Part shown: positions 31,941 through 35,550 of the stretch, piece by piece
Layout: each line of letters begins with the position of its first letter
Numbering within the stretch: position 1 is the stretch's first letter
Assembly: GCA_013239625.1 (NCBI GenBank)
Contig: MU053292.1
Location: 17,428 to 52,977, forward strand
DNA from: Lama guanicoe
Taxonomy: Eukaryota
Direction: 5' to 3'
Length of the DNA stretch: 35,550 nt
Translations under genes and position numbers: made by a program
Notes under the pieces: generated by a model
What the model saw: only the letters and a program-made list of their open reading frames with translations
The model's database searches: none
What the model was told of the DNA's origin: nothing

Positions 31941-32869
31941 TCAATGCAGGAGAGAAGAGAAAGGGAAATAGGAAGCAGCGATCCATTCTGGGGACTGTTC
32001 ATTAAACATTCCGTATTTGTTCACTTTGTTCCCAGGGAATAATAACTGCAGAGCACAGACTTTCCTAGTGAATAACGGCGAGGTGGAGCCCCGAGTCCTT
32101 CCCTCCAGAGGGCTGGGGCACAGGTGCGCTCAGTGCTCAGATGGCCAGCCCGAGCGGACGTGCCGGCCTTCCCCTCTTATCTAGTGCAGTGGTTTTCAGG
32201 TTGGGGTTTAAAAAGCACAAACGTGTAGCAAGAGAGAACTGCCACCTTTCATTCTGCCTCAAAATGGGCACCAAAACAAACAATCCCTAAATAACCTATC
32301 AACTACTCCCACCATCTTTTTTTGGGTTTTGTTTTAGAAATTAGAAATAACATTTTTAACATAAGAACATGTAGAAAGGAAGTATTTTGGCAAATGAAAC
32401 ATTTCTTTACACAGAGAATCTCTTTTTTAGTGCACACAGGAGGGCTCTGGGAGCTAGAGCTGAAAAGACTTGCTCAAAGCGACAGTGAGGTGGCGGCAGA
32501 GCTGAGGCCAGCACCTGGCAGTTCCCAGGCCAGCGTCCCCTCTCCCACAATGGCAGTGTCTAAGATGTGCCTAGCAAAATACGAACAAGCCTTTCTAGTT
32601 CAGGGCACATCGTACGGCAGCAGGTTTGAAAGAAAAAGCCAATCTTGCCTTTGGATGTTGCAGCCAGTTATGACGCAGGCAGAGACGGGGCAAAGCAAAT
32701 CCTCTCATATGGAAAACCTGCATAAATAAACCAGGTGACAGAAAGTAGCTTCTGAGACAGGAGGGCTACTGTCCATGACCAGTATGTGGTGTTTCCTTCA
32801 GCATGTCTTCACTCTGAACACAAAAGAAGGGTCTCTTTTGAAATACAGGACACACAAAATCCGTAGTAA

Positions 32870-33100
32870 TAAAAAGAATTAACCTTTACACACCAAGCCT
32901 TTCATTCATCATCTTACTCATTTCCTCTTTATAACACCCCTATGAAAGGGGTGCCACTGTCATTTCCATTTTAGAAAAGAGAAACTGTGGCACAGAGAGG
33001 TTAAACAACATGTCCTAGGTCACTGAGCTACTAAGAATAGAGTCAGATGGGATTTGAACTCAAGGAGTGTGACTGTAATTCATGATCTTTTCCACAATGT
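32870..33100 (-). mobile_element. MIR SINE
   Basis: 'tccattttagaaaagagaaactgtggcacagagaggttaaacaacatgtcctaggtcact...gggatttgaactcaagg'. Confidence 0.85.
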
Positions 33101-33214
33101 CCTAATGCATTATGGCATGGAGCACTGTCAGACACACATCACTGCCCAGAGAGATGACTGACTTGTGTCAATCCGAAAAAGATTACAAAATCTCTCACCT
33201 AATGACAGTAACTG

Positions 33215-33400
33215 TAATTTCTCTGAAGCACTAAACAGTTTACAAAGAATTTTCCACCTGCATTATTTTATTTAATATTCACTCTAACCCAGGAAGTAGG
33301 TGTCATTACCCCCATGAGATGCTGACGGCCAGGTCACCCAGCTGTGACTCAGCTGAGCCAGGATCCAAACTCCATGTGCCTGGCCCCCTAGCCTGAGCTC
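33215..33400 (-). mobile_element. MIR SINE (degraded)
   Basis: 'acagtttacaaag...aagtaggtgtcattacccccat...aggtcacccagct...gagccaggatccaaactcca'. Confidence 0.6.
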
Positions 33401-33749
33401 TGAGTACAGGATATACTTTCTCAGTATTTCTCTCCCTCTGACTTCAAAGGCAAAATCTGGCAGGAGGGATATAAATGCACCATCTCTTGCTAAAATTTTG
33501 CAGTTTGGTGGGGGTTTTGAAGTATATGACAAACTGAACTTACATAGTAAAAGTCTCCATGTCTACAAAAGCTCAGATAAATGACAACTTCTTTCTCCCG
33601 ACAATGTATGATAAACACAATGCTCTGTCTAGGAGGAGGATGCTGATTAATTTTTACATCTGAAAATGTCAACAAAGAATCATTCCATTATATCTGGGTT
33701 ATTTAAGGCTATCATTGAAATTAATGATACGTTGCTTAAATTTGTAGGA

Positions 33750-33955
33750 TTCTTTGCAGTTTACAGAGCTTTCATGTTCATTATTTCATCAGACTTTCAT
33801 AAGAAGATGGGCATGATCGATTTTTATTCTGCCCACTTCACAGAAAAGGATATTGAAATTTAGAGAGGTTAAAGCTTACTCAGAGTGGCTCACAAAAGAC
33901 AGAATTGGAGCTTAATCCAAATCACTTGACTCCTGGGTTAAAGCTCCTTCCTCTA
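33750..33955 (-). mobile_element. MIR SINE
   Basis: 'gcagtttacagagctttcatgttcattatttcat...cccacttcacagaaaaggatattgaaatttagagaggttaa'. Confidence 0.75.
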
Positions 33956-34664
33956 TCCTAGCTGTAGCATCCCCACTGTACACTCTGAAAATAAAAAGTA
34001 GACGCTGAAGAAGATTCCAGGTGCAGCATATATGTGCCCATTCTGGCGCATCCCACGGCCTGACACTTCCAGGAAACCAAGTTTATGGAATCTCCGGCAA
34101 CCACCCCTGGGGGCTCGATGGTGCCCTCCAGGCTGGAATTTCTACCCTCACTGTGGATAGACTGCAGATATATTTGGTGGCACACATGGGAACCTGAGGC
34201 TTCTGGGCAGGACCTGCTCTCTGCAAAAACACCCACAGCAAAGAAGCACGTGAGAGGTGGGGAGGTGCTTGAAAATGACTGAAAGAGATATGACGAGGAT
34301 GAACAGACACAGCTTGGGGAGTGACTCATCTGCAGACATTAATCAAAAGAAACTTAACACTTGAACAAAGAATAGAATCACCCAGAACCACTGCAAACTT
34401 GATGAATACAAATACCGATACCCAGCCTAAACTAGGCACTTGGGGCAGTCAGCGTGCAACATCAAGTACACTCCTTCCTGGAGCCCTCGCTGGTCCTTGC
34501 TTCCTAGCCTGCAAAATCTAGCGGGACGGAAATAAAACGACTAGCTTTTGGTCTGGGAACATCCTCAACCCTATTTAATAATTAAAAAAAAATAAAATTC
34601 TGTGGCACCCTCTCTGCTCTTCTGCAGAAGGATATCCTGGGCCTTTGTACAGAGAGTAGACTTG

Positions 34665-34910
34665 TTTTCCTTCAGACCCAGATGGACATTACTTCCTTGG
34701 TGTGGCTTTCTGTGATCTCTCCTCCTAGGCTGAATTTAACGCTCCTGCCTTTGGGTTTTAACTCATCACACTGTATTATAATATTTATGTACTCTGATGT
34801 CAACCACCGGACTGGGTTAACCATGGAGGTCAAAGTCCAACAAAGTTCCCTGCCCAAGCTGGGGCCCTGAGAGATTTCAGCTGAATGCATAGGTGAACTA
34901 AGTAATACTG
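34665..34910 (+). mobile_element. L2 3' fragment
   Basis: 'ccttcagacccagatggacattacttcctt...catcacactgtattataat'. Confidence 0.55.
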
Positions 34911-35169
34911 AGAAGGAATTAAAGTTAATTTTCAGTTAATTAGAACATGATGAATGGCAAGCAGTGCTTTCTATTCAAATGAAGTTTCCCAGAGAAATCT
35001 GTGTTTCTTATATAGCTGTAAATAATCTATCTTAATTTTACCTTCCCTTGCTCCTGTTTAACCAGAGAAAATCAGTGAATATCAGGAATCTGTCCTTGCT
35101 GTCTGAACGCAGAGGGGAGTAACCGACTCTAATCAATGAGATTACAGCAGGTTTCAGAACCAACATGTC

Positions 35170-35365
35170 CTCTCTTCTAGCTCCACTCTCCCGGGGAATG
35201 ACTCGCTCGATACCTGCCCCCGGTATTCGCCTTTGTAAGCTGTGCCAGGACGGGGTGAGTGTGCACTGCTGACTGCTGTATTTCTAAGGTCTAGCATAGA
35301 ACCTGGCACAATGCAGATTTCAACAGACTTCTGTTTAATGAACACATAAATAAATTAATCAATTG
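35170..35365 (+). mobile_element. L2 3' end fragment
   Basis: 'ctgctgtatttctaaggtctagcatagaacctggcacaatgcag...aatgaacacataaataaat'. Confidence 0.7.
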
Positions 35366-35384
35366 ACAGCTTTCTCAGGAAAGG

Positions 35385-35550
35385 CATCATTAATACCAAC
35401 TGCAAGGCTACTCTTTATACTGAGTATCTGTGGGGATCAGCCAAGGAGCTCAGCGCCTTAAAATCCATGTAGGGTAAGGATTAGCGCTTATATTTTACGA
35501 TGAGGAAACCAAGGGTCAGAGAGTTAAGTAACTCAGACCTGTGTAACTAA
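35385..35550 (-). mobile_element. MIR SINE (runs off the window end)
   Basis: 'attttacgatgaggaaaccaagggtcagagagttaagtaact'. Confidence 0.75.

Noticed and set aside
32322..32729. Longest ORF in the window (135 aa)
   Set aside because: TTG start, overlaps a degraded minus-strand MIR-like segment (~32430-32560), no recognisable protein or splice context.

Overview
Mammalian genomic DNA with no intact, recognisable protein-coding gene or RNA gene. It is most likely camelid (alpaca/camel), judged from two young L1 3' ends that resemble the camelid L1 consensus as I recall it; no Alu, B1/B2, BovB/Bov-tA, PRE1 or CanSINE was seen. The window is dominated by ancient interspersed repeats: many MIR and L2 pieces, three HAL1-like elements, old L1M fragments, LTR40, several MLT1 LTRs, MER20 and a MER96-like element. 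Family names come from recalled consensus sequences, not a database search, and boundaries are approximate unless a TSD is given. The main observations are: (1) a near-identical 2133-bp tandem duplication (13532-18264) whose second copy carries two nested tandem duplications, with most differences concentrated in the re-duplicated blocks, which points to either template switching/gene conversion or a two-haplotype assembly artefact; (2) a ~0.92-kb non-repeat block on the minus strand (10528-11452) that reads as a decayed coding exon of an unidentified gene; (3) a 22-nt poly(A)-only retro-insertion with a perfect 17-bp TSD. The supplied ORFs are otherwise consistent with chance ORFs in repeats or low-complexity DNA. 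I found no evidence for a novel multi-gene system.
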